A stretch of 64,000 nt of DNA from Torpedo marmorata (taxonomy: Eukaryota), in assembly GCA_977017645.1 (NCBI GenBank), contig OZ360241.1, positions 58,094,001 through 58,158,000 of the forward strand, read 5' to 3'. Shown here piece by piece: positions 12,216 through 25,499 of the stretch (position 1 is the first letter of the stretch; every line of letters begins with the position of its first letter). Below the pieces are notes generated by a model. That model was not told the DNA's origin. It ran no database searches and saw nothing but the letters and a program-made list of their open reading frames with translations. A program made the position numbers and the translations under genes.

Positions 12216-13956
12216 TTTCACTGAAATCGCTGTCTTTTTTGCTAGGTTTGTGGTTATTCCAAACTTACTTCCTTTACATCACTGCCCCTCTGTGTGCACC
12301 CTGTGCTGGCCCTGCCTGAGGAATGTGGGGGAGGGGGGAAGGTCTTCCCTTGATTTAAGTTAATCACCTTCAACCCCACATCCTTCCAACATCACCCCCA
12401 CCCCTCCAGCTCTGGCCTTTCGATCATCGGAGATTTTAATTGCCTCACTATCCACAGCCTTGCACCGGTGTGTTTTTTACTACAATCACAGCGTCTGCAG
12501 ACTTTCATGTTTCATCAGGTTCCTTGAATCTAAGTTCTGGAATTCCCTTTCCAAAATTCTCCTTCTCTCCGTCTTACTACAGCTCCCTCTTCCCACGTCC
12601 CTCTTTGAAAGCCCATTATTCAACTCTTACTTTGGCCATCACTCACTCTTTTTTACTTTGGTTTGGCATCTTGTGGTGGTGTCTGTAAGTTCAACTTAAC
12701 AAACAGCCTGATGTTTGATACTGAATAATTTAACACAGTGTATTGTTCTGCTGTTGAAATACAGCTGCGTCCCTTTAATTTTACAAAGTGCATTGGTAAA
12801 ATAATTACATCCTCGGGTCAGAGTTGAATTGTTGTTTAGCTGGAATGTAGAAATTAGAAAATAGTTTTAAGTATCATGTTCCAACAGTAAGCAACCTTGT
12901 CTTCTTTTCCCAAGAGTTTTACACCTGGAACAACATGGTGTCTGGAATGAATTTGATCCTGGGATGTAGAGCTGGGTTGTGGCTGTGAATGTAGATCTGG
13001 TGAGACTGAAGACAGGCTTATGTAGCCTTTGATGGCCACAGACGCTTAGAGTTGGATTCTTGGAAGCTTTTGCTACTTAGTGACCAGATTTATTCAAGGT
13101 TTCGCAGACTCGTTAGAAGTGGAGATGAGGGTAGGGGGATGTGGAGGGCACTGTACCAGGAAGTCCAGAGAGATCCAGAAGCAAGGATACATGGTAAATA
13201 AGATCAGGAAATGTTAGTGATTAATTAGGGGATGTAAAGATTGGACAGCAATGCATTGATTGTTGCTGGAAGTGGTATGCCAGGAGTGAGCTGAACTCAA
13301 TGTGGAAATTGCCAAGAAGCCTTTGAAGGTTTATTTAATCTGTGAGTATAATGCCAGCAACACATCAAAGAGCCACTCAGGAAGAACATTTCCAAGTTTG
13401 CTGTTAAACAATACCTTGGAGAAAGTTCCATGGCAAATCAACCAGGATACTGCCCCTGATCGTTTACGGATGCCGGATATAGTTCAAGTGGACACCTGCG
13501 TTACCTTATGCCGTGTGGATGACAGAAAGGCTTTGAAGTGTCAGGAGGTGCCACGGGATACACAGCCTCTAATCTGCTCATGTAGTCCTCATGTTTATAA
13601 GGCCGGTCAAGTTAAATTTCCGGTCAGTGGTTGTTCCAGGATGTTGTTAGTGGGGAACTGTGCAGTAAATCCATTGAATGTCAAGGTGAGATGTTTACAC
13701 TCCTTGTTGCTGGAGATGGGTAGTATGTGGCATTTGTCTTGCCACTGAATCAGCTTCCTGAGTGTTGTTCAGCTCTCACTGTATGTGGGTCAGCTTGATT
13801 CGTAACCTGGGAAAGGGACTGTGACCAATCATCAGTACGTATCCTGACCTGAACTCAGATAAAGGGAAGAACATTGACAAAGGTGCGTCGGTCTTGAACG
13901 AAGTCAGTGGTGCTCCCGGAGTGATATGGTTTGAAATGATTGGGTTCCAGTGAATG

Positions 13957-14400
13957 TTTGTCAAGTTTATTGTCATCTGATTGTACAAGTACAACCCGAT
14001 GAAACAGCGGTCTCCGGTCCTTGGTGCAAAACACGCAGACACACAACCAGACATAACACACATACAGACAAACAATACATATGCAGGACAAGTATTCATC
14101 TGTACAAATAAATAAAAAAATAAATATTGTTTCATGAATATGAGAGTATCAGATGGTTAGTGTGAGCAGTTCCTTTGGTCGTTCAGCATTCTCACTGCCC
14201 GTGGGAAGAAGCTGTTCCTCAGCCTGGTGGTGCTGGCTCTGATACTCCTGTATCACTTTCCCGACGGGAGCAGCTGAAAGATGCTGTGTGCAGGGTGGAA
14301 GGGGTCCTCAATGATTTTGCGAGCCCTCTTCAGGCAACGATCCCTTACCACATTGTGCAGGGTATGACTCCGGCCAGTGTAGAGAGCTTTCTCTTTGATC
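13957..14400 (-). mobile_element. Rex1/Babar-like LINE 3' fragment
   Basis: RARKIIEDPFHPAHSIFQLLPSGK.YRS motif and tgacaataaacttgac tail. Confidence 0.7.
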
Positions 14401-15289
14401 CCCAATAACTTCAGGTTCCCATCTCTTTTCTGAAAATCAGCATGGTTCTCCATCTTTGGAAGAAAGATTTAATATCTGGTTCAAGTTAAGTGAATGTAAC
14501 ATGAACGAAGCCTCCGTGGGAGTGGAATAATGGACTGGTGGTTGTTTTGTAGGAATTTCAACACCCCCTTCAGGGTGGAGAGCTTTTACTGCATCCAGTG
14601 CCTTCAGCTGCTCTTGTTACAATGAGGAGAGGTTTGACTTGGCAGGGGACTGGTTTCTATAATGGTTTGGAGGACAGGAGGACTGAGGTGGGTCACGAAC
14701 AGATTTCCATCTGATGATGCTTGTGAATGCTTTTGTGCATGTGTTAAGCTCCACCATTTTGTCCTGAAGATCTCTGTCAGGTAACCGTTCGGTGAGGGAT
14801 GGATTAAGAGCATAAGGAGCAGGAGTAGGCCATCTGGCCCGTCGAGCCTGCTTCCAATTTAATCAGGTCATGGCTGATCTGGCTGTGGACTCAGCTCCAC
14901 CAACCTGCCTTTCCCCCATAACCCTTAATTTCCTTACTAAGCAAAAAATCTATCTAATTGTGTTTTGAATACATTTAATGAGGCAGCCTCTATTACTTTC
15001 TTGGGCAGAGAAGACTGGGTTTCCGCACCCGATCATTAAGCCCTGAATTCAGCAGAGGGTAAAGCAGCCTTGGTTCCTGCATCTGATCCCTCTGGGCAGT
15101 GACTTCTCTGGAATGAGGGCTGTGAATTGGATGCAGTTACCTGGTTAGCATCATGCTTGGAACCGCAACTCAGCATGGTGTGTGTGTGTGGGTCTACCTA
15201 AGAGCTGGTATTGGGGTCCTAACACTCGTGAAGTATTGAAGTGGTGTGGTTTGTCTGCAGTGGGTGTGGCCTCCTGACATGGGAATTTA

Positions 15290-15725
15290 TAGGAGAGATA
15301 AAAGTCTGCAGATGCTGGAATCTTTTGTTTTTGAATTTTTTTTTTTAATGGATATAAACAGGAAATATACGATTCACAATTATATACATTATCATTGAAC
15401 TTTCCCTCCCTCCCGCCCCCCCCCAACTAAAAAAGAAAATAAAACGTACAAAAGAAAAGAAAGATGCAGGAATCTTGAGCGAGAAACAAACTTCTCAACA
15501 GGTCAGGTAGCATCCATATAGAGAAATGGACACAACAAAGTACGGAAACAGAGTTTCGACCCAACGCATGGGTAATATATCGCTACCTCCTATGGACGAT
15601 GTGAGACTGGCTGAGTTCCTCCAGCATTTCTGTGTTTTGACTACAATCACAGCGTCTGCAGACTTTCGTGTTTCACTCTGTCCATTTCCTACACAGATGC
15701 TACCTGGCCTGCTGAGTTTCTTCAA
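15290..15725. mobile_element. Cluster of Penelope terminal-repeat-derived fragments
   Basis: gtctgcagatgctgg and gctgagttcctccagcatt..gcgtctgcagac are similar to 1770-1840. Confidence 0.55.
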
Positions 15726-16446
15726 CGGGTTGGGTTTTATTTTTTTGCGTGGGGATTTGCTGATGGTTTCAGCAAGCCCTCAGATACCCCTCAACTTCCC
15801 ATTGCAGAGACTGGGGGCTTGGCTGCGTTTGTGACAGGGAAAGAGGCAGTAAATTCCAGGCACCGACCCCACTCATCGCGGATCAGACGAGGCCGCACAG
15901 GGGACATCCATTCTCTCTTGGGTGGACGACTTGGTTCTACTCCAGTTCTGCGGGTCATGGGGCAGATGACGAGGGGGCCTGCAGTCTGTGCCACAGGGGC
16001 GGAGGGGGTACTTGGTGATATGGAAGGGTGGGTAGTTTGGCAGGCAGTTACACTGTTTCCACTGAACCTCTATGTGCCCCTGACAAATGAACTCACGGAT
16101 TGTAATGATACTTGAATGATTGTTTGAGGAGTGGGGATGGATCAGGGATTCTCTTAAGGAGGATTTGAGAACAGTCATAGAGCATGGAAATAGGCTCTTG
16201 TCCTTGCTATCTACCCGAGTTAGTCTCATTTGTCCGTATTGGGCTCATATCCTTCTACATCTTTCCTATCCAGGTTGTAATTATACCCATCTGTTCCACT
16301 TCATCTGCCATTTTGTACCATGTACCCACCACCCACTGTGAAAAACCTACCCCACAGGTCTTCTTTAAATATTTCCCATCTCATCTGAAACCCAGGACTG
16401 ACACCATTCACCTTATCCATGCCCCTCATGATTTTGTAAACCTCTA

Positions 16447-16776
16447 CAGGTGCTCCTCAACACACGATGGGTTTACGTTCCGGCAAACCCATCGTAAGTC
16501 GAAAAAAATCGTAAGTCGAAAAAGAATACCGCACCTACCGATTTTTTTATAATTAAATTTTGAATACCTTTTTTTCCACACTGAAAAAACCATTAACGCG
16601 AGAGAGTGTGCTGTACGATACTCTCGCGCGATGCTGCCATCGCCCAGCATATTGCGGGAGAGTAGCGTACCGCATATCGCGAGAACAGATTGGAATTCGG
16701 AATTGAAAGTACGGATTCGAACCATCGTAACTTCGATAAATCGTAAGTCGGACCATCGTAAGTAGGGGAGCATCTG
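16447..16776. mobile_element. 330-bp Tigger/pogo-like MITE inserted in a minus-strand CR1 fragment
   Basis: TA|CAGGTGCTCCTCAACACACGATGG ... CCATCGTAAGTAGGGGAGCATCTG|TA. CpG-rich. The flanks rejoin as CR1 sequence. Confidence 0.85.
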
Positions 16777-18650
16777 TATAAGGTCACCCCTGCAACCTCC
16801 TTCTCTCTAGGGAACAGTCCCAGCCTTATAACTCTAGCCTTCCAGTCCCTGGATTTTGTGAATCCTTTCTGCACCCTCTCCAATTTGATAGTTGTTTCCT
16901 CTTTTCACCCACGGCAGAGCCTGGAGCAGAGCATCTGTTTCGGGAGTTTGGTTTCAGGCCCGCAAGTGATGTATGCTACTCATGATAGATGGCAGACAGA
17001 GTGGAACAAAGCGGTCAGGATGTTGGCCTGGGACTGGAGGAAGGTGTTCCTCTACATTCTGGTGGATTTGGAGGATTTTGTGGTGCCAACTTGGCACTTT
17101 CTCTGCAGTGCAATGTGTGAGGGACTTGATGTAATGTTAATGTTCATAGCTGGTGTCAGGGAGTGTGGGTGTTTTCACCGTCACTCAGTCTGGGGTTTGC
17201 AAGCTAAAGATCCTGTCATCTACAGAATTTCCGACTCTAACACTTAACTTTAATCCTATCTGCCTGAGTTCCTCTTTATAAGTTCATATTCCAAGAAATC
17301 TCAATGTTCCTTCCATTAGATATAGCAGTCTCAACGCACTCAAACACTCTCAATCTCTCTCCTGTCTCTCATCCCCATCTCTCCCCCTCTCCTTTCCTTT
17401 CCCCTATCTCTCCCACACCCCTTCCCCTCACCATCCTTTCTCCCACTCCTTCCTTTCTCCCCCTTCTCTCCTCCCTCCTCCCCACTTCTCCTCCTCCTCC
17501 TCCTCATCACGACTCCACCTTCTCCTCCCCCCCCCCCACTTCTCCTCCTCCCCCCCACTTCTTTCTGTTCATCGTTCTGACCATGTGCCTCTCTTTCTCA
17601 CTTGCTCCCACTCTACTCCTCCACCACTTATCCCCCATTTTGGACTGGACACTCTGTCACTGACACCGATAAATGTCTCTTTTTTGTCTATCACAGGTTT
17701 TTATACATGTGACGCAGAGTGTCACAAGACACTGGCTCTTTTGGGGATTAGAAACCAGGCCAGCAGCTGAGTGTTACAGCCGTTCATTCTTTTTTTATAT
17801 TTGTGGCCGTGAGGAATCTCAGGAGGCAGACACTGAGGGAGGGTAGTGCAACCAGGAAGGGAGGGTAGTGCAACCAGGAGGGGAGGGGGGATAGCAATGG
17901 GAGGAGGGGCCCAGAGACAGTCTGTGAGGTACAATCAAGGAGGGGGAGGGGGGAAGGCTTAATGGAAAAGGGGTTTATCCAAAGGGGTGGAGGAGTGGAG
18001 CCATTGGGGGATGTGGAAAGTGTCTATTGGGGATGGAGAAGGGTAAATGGGTGTGACGTGGACTACTGACAGTAGAAGAGAGGGGCCAGTGAAGAGGGTG
18101 GAGGGACGATGGGGGAGGAAGTGAAAAATGTCGTGGGGCGGGAGAGGGGCCAGTGATGTGGAAAAAGAGGGGGGGCAATGGGGGGGGGGGAAGAGGAGGG
18201 GGGGAAAATCGGGGAAGAAGGGGACTGGAGAAGAGGAGGTGGAGAGGCTCCAAAATAGTGATGAGAGACTAATAGGGAGTTCTAGGGTTCCACCCAAGTT
18301 GAGAGTCTGGTGTATATATCCAGGCCAGGACAGTGTGCGACTGGGGCATATTGTGGTCACAAAATGTCTGCTCTGCTTGTACCCAGTGAGGAGGTGGAAG
18401 GGCCGAAATAGTCACCGAGGCTTCCCACAGGCCAACACGTACCTCGACAATGGATTAGCCGCACAGCAAATGAGGAGAACCGTGGGAACTGGAACCCAGA
18501 GTGGAGAAACAGAAGTTGGGGACTTTGGACCCAAGATGGAGAGAGGGGCTGAGGGATCCAGGATTCCTGAGGCAGAAATGATTTAAAGCGAGTTGACAGG
18601 GAACAAAAATAATTGACGACGTTTAAAAAAAAAAAAAAAAAAAAAAAAAA

Positions 18651-18890
18651 TTAGCCAAACACGGTAACAGGCCCTTTCGGCCCATGAGCCCAAGCTGCCC
18701 AATTACACCCAATTGACCTACAACCCCGGTATTTTTTTTTTGAAGGGTGGGAGGAAACCGGAGCCCCTGGGGAAAACCCATGCAGACACAGGGAGAACGT
18801 ACAAACTCCTTACAGACAGCACGGGATTTGAACCCCGGTCGCTGGGGCTGTAACAGCGTTACGCTAGCCGCTACGCTAACTGTGTTGCCC
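18651..18890 (-). mobile_element. tRNA-derived V-SINE (HE1-like) with CR1-type tail
   Basis: Minus-strand A/B boxes (tagcgtagcgg, ggttcaaatcc), V-domain gttctccctgtgtctgcatggg and tail gggccgaaagggcctgtt. Confidence 0.8.
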
Positions 18891-19218
18891 TTAATGGAAC
18901 ATTGTCCTTTATGTGAGATGCTGTTTCCTCAGGCTGAACTGTCTCAAACCAGGAGAAGAATTCATCCATCTAGGCCTGAGATAGCACTCACTAAGTCTTA
19001 TGAAGCTGCCAGGGGAGTTTGGACAATGATGTGTTTTTCTGTGGTGTTTGCTATGTACAGGAGCGGTTCATCGTATACACCATTCCGGTTAATCGGTAAG
19101 CCATGGAGGTAGCCGAGAGTCATACTGTGGAGATCTCTCTCCCACACGACCAAACCAAATCCAGGCTCCATCTCTGGGACTCTGTCAATGACTTGTCAAA
19201 GCACCAGATTTCAGATTT

Positions 19219-20010
19219 AGATTCAAGATTCAAGATTCAATTTATTGTCACAGCAATAAGACAGTGTCATATACCACAAAATTTCTTTTTGCCTGCTGCA
19301 AGGCAGACAGATTTGCCATCGGCAGAAATTGCCTAAGCACCTCTAACATTCCTTACAGTCAGAGAAAGAGAAGCAAAAGAGAGTCCCCCCAGAGTCACCG
19401 AGTGTCCATAGATTCGCCTCCAGCGCTTCCGCAGCCACACAGAGTCCAGTCCAAACGATCGGCATTCCGAGCTCCAGATCTGAACCTCCAACACGGTCAG
19501 GTCACCCTCGACACCCCCTCACATCCCGGTTCTGATACCTGGTACTCCTCCAGCCAGTTCGAGCCAACCTCCAGCAGTCCGCAGCCCGTCGTGAGTCCCC
19601 CGACAGCAGTCTCCAGCAGCCCACAGCCTCCGCGGGTTCCTCGCCTTGAGTCGCCAGCAGCCCGCCGCATGCACTGGTCCTTCAGCCTCAGAGCCCCTCA
19701 CCGGTCCGCCGCCGTGGTCACCGTCCCGTGGGTCGTCTCCTCCGCTTCTTCTCAGACGGGGGTGATCTTCCCGTCCACTGGTGCCCTGCTCCAGTCCTCC
19801 TCTTCCCCGGAGTCTGCAGCCCCTCGTGGCTGCTGCTGATTAATAGGCGCTGCCATCTTGGGCGCAGACCCTGCGGTCGCGGGATCTCAAATAAAACCAC
19901 TGTCGGCTCCTTTAACGGGCCGTTCAAAGCCCGTGCGGAACCGACGGCAGTCGACTGAGTGGTTGGACCCCGCGGGAGCGCTGTATCTCCGCTCCCACGC
20001 TCCTCGCCGG
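19219..20010 (-). mobile_element. CpG-rich non-autonomous retroelement with (TGAATCT)n tail
   Basis: The minus strand ends gtctgccttgcagcaggc..tgacaataaattgaatcttgaatct. It sits in the tail of the neighbouring Rex1-like copy. Confidence 0.6.
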
Positions 20011-20400
20011 TTATTATCAGAGAACATACATGACATCACATACAACCCTGAGATTCATTTTTCCTGCGGACGTGGCAGAATTACCACTAATTGGTGGTGC
20101 AAAAATAAACTGTACACAGCGTGAACAAGTAAACAAAGAACTGTAAACAGATAACGAATGTAAACAAACTGACTGTGCAATACAGAGAGAACAAAAAGAA
20201 AATCAATAAAGTGCACAAGTAAGAGTCCTTAAATGAGTCTCTGATTGAGTTTGTCGTTGAGGAGTCTGATGGTGGAGGGGTAGCAGCTGTTCCTGAACCT
20301 GGTGGTGCGAGTCTTGTGGCACCTATACCTCTTTCTTGATGGCAGCAGTGAGAACAGAGCGTGTGCTGGGTGGTGAGGGTCTTTGATGATTGCTGCTGCT
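20011..20400 (-). mobile_element. Rex1/Babar-like LINE 3' fragment
   Basis: Minus strand reads LFSLLPSRKRYRCHKTRTTRFRNSCYPSTIRLLN. Confidence 0.7.
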
Positions 20401-20898
20401 TTTGATTGCCACCAAAGATCAAAGTGCTGGGGGAGGGAGCAGGGCTTTGACTGGAATCAGAGCACCCATCTCGCCAAGTTTCTGTCGCTGTCTCTCCATC
20501 AGTGTCTGTCTGTCTAATTGTTTTTTCTCTCTCTCTCGCCCTTTCTCTCTGTCTCCCTGTCTGTGCCCTCCTCCATCCTTTTGACTCTGTCACTCCTGAT
20601 GGTAATGTTCCTTGGCACAGCAGTAGAAGCAGGGTATATGTGTGAAGGGTTGAAGTTCATTGCTTTGTTTCTATCCTGATCTTGTCTGAGTCCTTATTGA
20701 TGAAGTCACTTATGTGAAGAACAGAAGGATGACAGGAGTGAAGGTAGGACCGATTAGAGATAAAGGTGGGAAGATGTGCCTGGAGGCTGTGGAAGTGGGT
20801 GAGGTCCTCAATGAATACTTCTCTTCAGTATTCACCAAAGAGAGGGACCTTGATGACGATGAGGACAATATGGGTGGGGTAAATGTTCTGGAACATAT

Positions 20899-21680
20899 AT
20901 TTTTTTTATTTTTTTTTTAAAAAATATTTTATTTTAAGATTTTCAATTTTTTTCACAATAATACAAAATAATGTAAAATATACATTAAACATCCGTTAAG
21001 TTCAATACATAGGAGTTTCGTATTACCATGAATCTAACCCCATCTAAACCCACCCTTACTAAAACAACCCACCCTCCACCCTTCCCATCCCTTATCCCCT
21101 CCCTTATCCCCTCCCCATACTAGAACTAAAAAAGAAAAGAGAAGGGAAAAGCACAATTGAAAATATATCTATACACATCCATTGCTCGATGTAAGAGATT
21201 CAGCAATGTTCATTCTTCAAATTTAAACTTAGGAGAGTCAGCGGGGCCTGGGATGCAGGGCAACATATTTAAATATTCATTCCTGATAATTGGATAAATG
21301 GACGCCAAATTTGTAAAAAGAATCCATATTTATTCCTCATATTGTATGTTATTTTTTCCAATGGGATGCAACTCTGCATCTCTGAATTCCATCTACTCAT
21401 ACTCAGATTTGTGTCCGATTTCCAGGTCACTGCTATACATTTCCTAGCTACTGCTAGTGCAATTTTCACGAATTTTAATTGCCATATGGATAATTTCAAT
21501 TTTGGTCTAGCTCCCTCTATATTCCCCAATAAGAACAAGTCAGGGTTTTGAGGAAATGCAACACCTGTAATTAGTTTCAACCGGTTTCCTAACTCTGCCC
21601 AAAAATCTTTAACTTTTGAACATGACCACGTTGAGTGTAAGAATGTTCCTTCTTCTTCTCCACATCTAAAACATCTATTT
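20899..21680 (-). mobile_element. 5'-truncated L1-clade LINE inserted into a CR1 fragment (20712-21712)
   Basis: CCHC knuckle CFRCGEEEGTFLHSTWSC, poly-T at the left end, and a perfect 17-bp TSD aatgttctggaacatat at 20882-20898 and 21681-21697. Confidence 0.88.
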
Positions 21681-21719
21681 AATGTTCTGGAACATATTGA
21701 TATTAAGAGAGAATATCAG

Positions 21720-21920
21720 TCACGGCGGCTGAGCACTTAGTGCTGCTGCATCACAACTCCAGGGACCCAGGTTCAATTCTGACCTCGGGTGTTGTCTGTG
21801 GAATTTGCACATCCAATCCTTCGGGTGCTCTGGTTTCATCCTAAAGATGTCCTGGTAGGTTATTTGGCTGTGGTAAATTACCCCTTAGTGTATAATAATG
21901 GTAAATTGAATCCAAAGGGA
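21720..21920 (+). mobile_element. Degenerate V-SINE
   Basis: tRNA-like head (caggttcaattct) and V-domain remnants. Confidence 0.55.
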
Positions 21921-21927
21921 GTTAAGA

Positions 21928-22525
21928 CCATAAGACATAGGAGCAGAAGTAGGCTATTCAGCCCATCGAGTCTGTCCCACCATTGAATCATCAGCTGATC
22001 CATTTTCCAACTCAACCCCACTGCCCGGCCTTCTCCCCATAACCTTTGATGCCCTGGCTAATCAAGAACCTATCAATCTCTTCCTTAAATACACCCAATG
22101 ACTTGATCCCCACAACTGCCTGAGGCAACAAATTTCACAGATTTACCACCTCTGGCTAAAGAAATTTCTCCGCATCTCTGTTCTAACTGGACGCCCTTCA
22201 ATCCTGATTGTGCTCTCTTGTCCTAGACTCTCCCACCATGGGAAACAACCTTTCTACATCTACTCTGTCCATGCCTTTCAACATTCAAAATGTTTCAACG
22301 AGATCCCCCATTATTCTCCTAAATTCCAACGGGAACAGGCCAAGAGCTCTCAAACACTCCTCTTATGATAACCCTTTCATTCCAGGAATCATCCTTGTGA
22401 GCCTTCTCTGAACCCTTTCTAACATCAGCACATCCTTTCTTAAATGAGGAGCCCAAAACTGTTCACAATACTCCAAGTGAGGTCTCACCAGTGCCTTATA
22501 AAGCCTCAACATCACATCCCTGCTC
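21928..22525 (-). mobile_element. CR1 3' fragment
   Basis: Reverse complement of the CR1 RT C-terminus and 3'UTR; ccataagacatagg tail. Confidence 0.8.
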
Positions 22526-23142
22526 TATTTAAAACCAACATTTTGGGCCTGAGCCCTTCTTTATCAAGGTATGAATGGGACGAATAATTTTAAAATTTCA
22601 CAGGAGCCAGCATGGACCAGATGGGCAAAATGGCCTCCTGTGTTGTTAGGATATTTTAATTAAACTCCTTAGACAGCGCCGGATTTGAACCCTGGTCGCT
22701 GGCACTGTAACAGCGTTGCGCTAACCGTGCCGCCCTGGTGTCCTGAAGACTGACCTATTGTTTTGAGACAGTGATCTCTGGTTCAGACACTCCAGCCAGG
22801 AAAAACCTCAATTCCTCTTCCATCCCCATACTACTCCCCCTCTCTCATAAGAACATCCCGCCCTAAGCACAATATCCTGAATCGATTCCTAGAATCGCGT
22901 CCATCATATCAGGAGAAGTTTGATAGACCAGGCATGAGCTGCCTTCATTATTGGAGGGATGAGAGGTGATCTTGGTGAAATGCAAAATTCACGTGGGGCT
23001 TAAAAGAGTAAATGCAGTTACGTTTCTCCAACAAGGTGTCAGCTACGCAGGGCAAAGAGGAAAAGAAATGTCTTCATCCAGACAGTAGTGAATCGATGGA
23101 GTTCCATGCCCAAGAGATTGTGAAGGCTCAGTCAGTGGAGGG

Positions 23143-23223
23143 CAATGAAATCAGGGGACTTTGGGGTCAATGAAATCAGGGGACTTTGGGGTCAATGAAA
23201 TCAGGGGACTTTGGGGTCAATGA
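23143..23223. repeat. 25-bp tandem repeat x3.2 (caatgaaatcaggggactttggggt)
   Basis: Three perfect copies. Confidence 0.95.
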
Positions 23224-24054
23224 GGAAAGTGCACTAAGATGAGAAATCAGCCTTGTGGGGTGGCAGAGCACACACAAGGCAACGGACTGGCCTGCTCATG
23301 TTTTTTTATTTCTTGTGGGTTTTTAAAAATATATATATTTGTACTCAAATCCTCTTATAATAGAGGCCAGCATTCCATTTGCCCTCCTAATTCTTGTTGA
23401 ACCTCCATTGCGATCTTTAGTAATCTGTTTACTAGCCACCCAGGCCCTTCTGAGCACCAACACGTTACAATCTCCCACCATTTAAAACATGGTTCGCCTT
23501 TCCCTAATTTTTGTACCAAAGTGGGTGTTCTCAAATCTTTCCACGTTATATTTCGACTTGCCTTGCTCTTGTCCACTCACTAAGCCTGTCTGCACCCCCA
23601 CTGTTGTCTCCTCCTGGCAACCCACACTGCTACTTCACTTTGTATCACCAGTGTAAATGTGAATACGTTACACGTGTGTCCCAAGTCCATATCGTTGATG
23701 TATATTGTAAACAGCTGGAGTCCAACGCAATCCCTGCATAATCTCAGTAATCACAACCTCCCAACTGAAAATTGACCTGTTATTCTTAATCTCCATTTTC
23801 TGTCTGCTAACCAATCTCCAGTGCAATCAGTTTCTCCCTCATGCACTCCAACTTTTTAAATTATTTCTTGCATGGGAAGAAATTTATTCTTTAAGTCCAA
23901 CTATACTACCTCTGGTTCAACCTTATCTATTCTACAAATTAAAAAATATTCAAATGATTTGTCAAGGGTGATTTTCCTTTAATAAATCCGCAGGCAATCC
24001 TAAGAGCACCAATGATGATGATCTATTGTCACACACATTGTTCAATGTACACAT

Positions 24055-24305
24055 GGGCAGGATGGTTGGCGTAGCAGTTAGCACAACGCTGTTAGAGCCA
24101 GGGACCAGAACTGGGGTTGGAATCCCATGCTGTCTGTAAGGAGTTTGCATGTTCTCCCCGTGTCTGCGTGGGTTTTCCCCGGGGGCTACGGCCCCCTCCC
24201 ACTGTTTGAAACATACTGGGGGTTGTAGGTTAATTGGGTGTAATTGGGTGGCACAGGCTCGTGGGCCGAAATGGCCTGTAACCATGCTGTGTGTATAAAA
24301 AAAAA
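24055..24305 (+). mobile_element. V-SINE (HE1-like)
   Basis: Same family as 18651-18890, in the opposite orientation. Confidence 0.8.
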
Positions 24306-24342
24306 TGCACCAAAGTTCTTACTTGTTGCAGCTGAACAGGTA

Positions 24343-25230
24343 CATAAGAACATAAGGAACAGGAGTAGGCCAACCGGCCCATCGAGCCTGCTCCGCCATT
24401 CAATAAGATCATGGCTGATCTGATCAATGACCTAACTCCACCTACCTGCCCTTTCCCCATATCCCCCAATTCCTTTTTTATGTAAAGATCTATCCAACTG
24501 AATCTTAAATATGTTCAATGAAGCAGCCTCAACTGCTTCCCTGGGTAGAGAATTCCACAAATTCACCACTCTCTGGGAAAAACTGTTTTTCGTCATCTCT
24601 GTCCTAAATCTACTTCCCCAAATCTTGAGGCTGTGTCCCTTAGTTTTGGTCTCACCCGCCAGTGAAAAAAATCCTTCCTACCTCTATCCTATCCATCCCC
24701 TTCATAATTCTATATGTTTCTATAAGATCTCCTCTCATTCTTCTGAACTCCAGTGAGTATAATCCCAGACGATTTAATCTTTCATCATAAGTCAACCCCT
24801 TCATCTCAGGGATCAACCTAGTAAACCTCCTCTGAACTGCCTCCAAGGCCAGTATATCCTTCCTCAAATATGGAGACCAGAACTGCACACAGTACTCCAG
24901 GTGCAGTTGCAACATTACCTCCTTGCTCCTGAATTCAATTCCTCTAGCGATGAAGGCCAACATTCCATTTGCCTTCTTAATAACCTGCTGCACCTGCAAC
25001 CCAACTTTTTGCGATTCGTGCACAAGCACTCCCAAGTCCTTCTGCACAACAGCATGCTGCAGTTTTTCACCATTTAAATAATACTCTGCTCTTTTATTTT
25101 TCTTGCCAAAGTGGATAACCTCGCACTTAATGACATTGTACTCCATCTGCCAGACCTTTGCCCACTCACCTAACTTAACTATATCCCTCTGCAGCCTCTC
25201 CACATCCTCAGTACAATTGGCTTTTTCACT
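24343..25230 (-). mobile_element. CR1 3' fragment
   Basis: ORF 24652-25203 reads WQMEYN..KCEVIHFG..KDLGVLVH..YCVQFWSP..RRMRGDLIE; cataagaacataag tail. Confidence 0.88.
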
Positions 25231-25285
25231 TGTAAAGAAAACTTTGATAGTAAAGTAATTAAATTAAATTAAGAGACAAAATACA

Positions 25286-25287
<2 letters not shown>

Positions 25288-25324
<37 letters not shown>
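25288..25324. repeat. (TA)n microsatellite
   Basis: Direct read. Confidence 0.95.
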
Positions 25325-25327
<3 letters not shown>

Positions 25328-25384
25328 TTTAGGTAAGGTTGATCTTCACTATAAAATAGTGCTCAACACGTAATGTGGAGCTAA

Positions 25385-25478
25385 ATAAATAAGTAAACAG
25401 AAAAGCACACTACTCACATGTGCCCGACAAGCTTGTCGGGCACATGTGAGTAGTGTGCTTTTCTGTTTACTTATTTAT
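25385..25478. repeat. 94-bp perfect palindrome with no spacer
   Basis: The 47-bp arm ataaataagtaaacagaaaagcacactactcacatgtgcccgacaag is followed by its exact reverse complement. Confidence 0.97.
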
Positions 25479-25499
25479 ATATATATATATATATTCACT

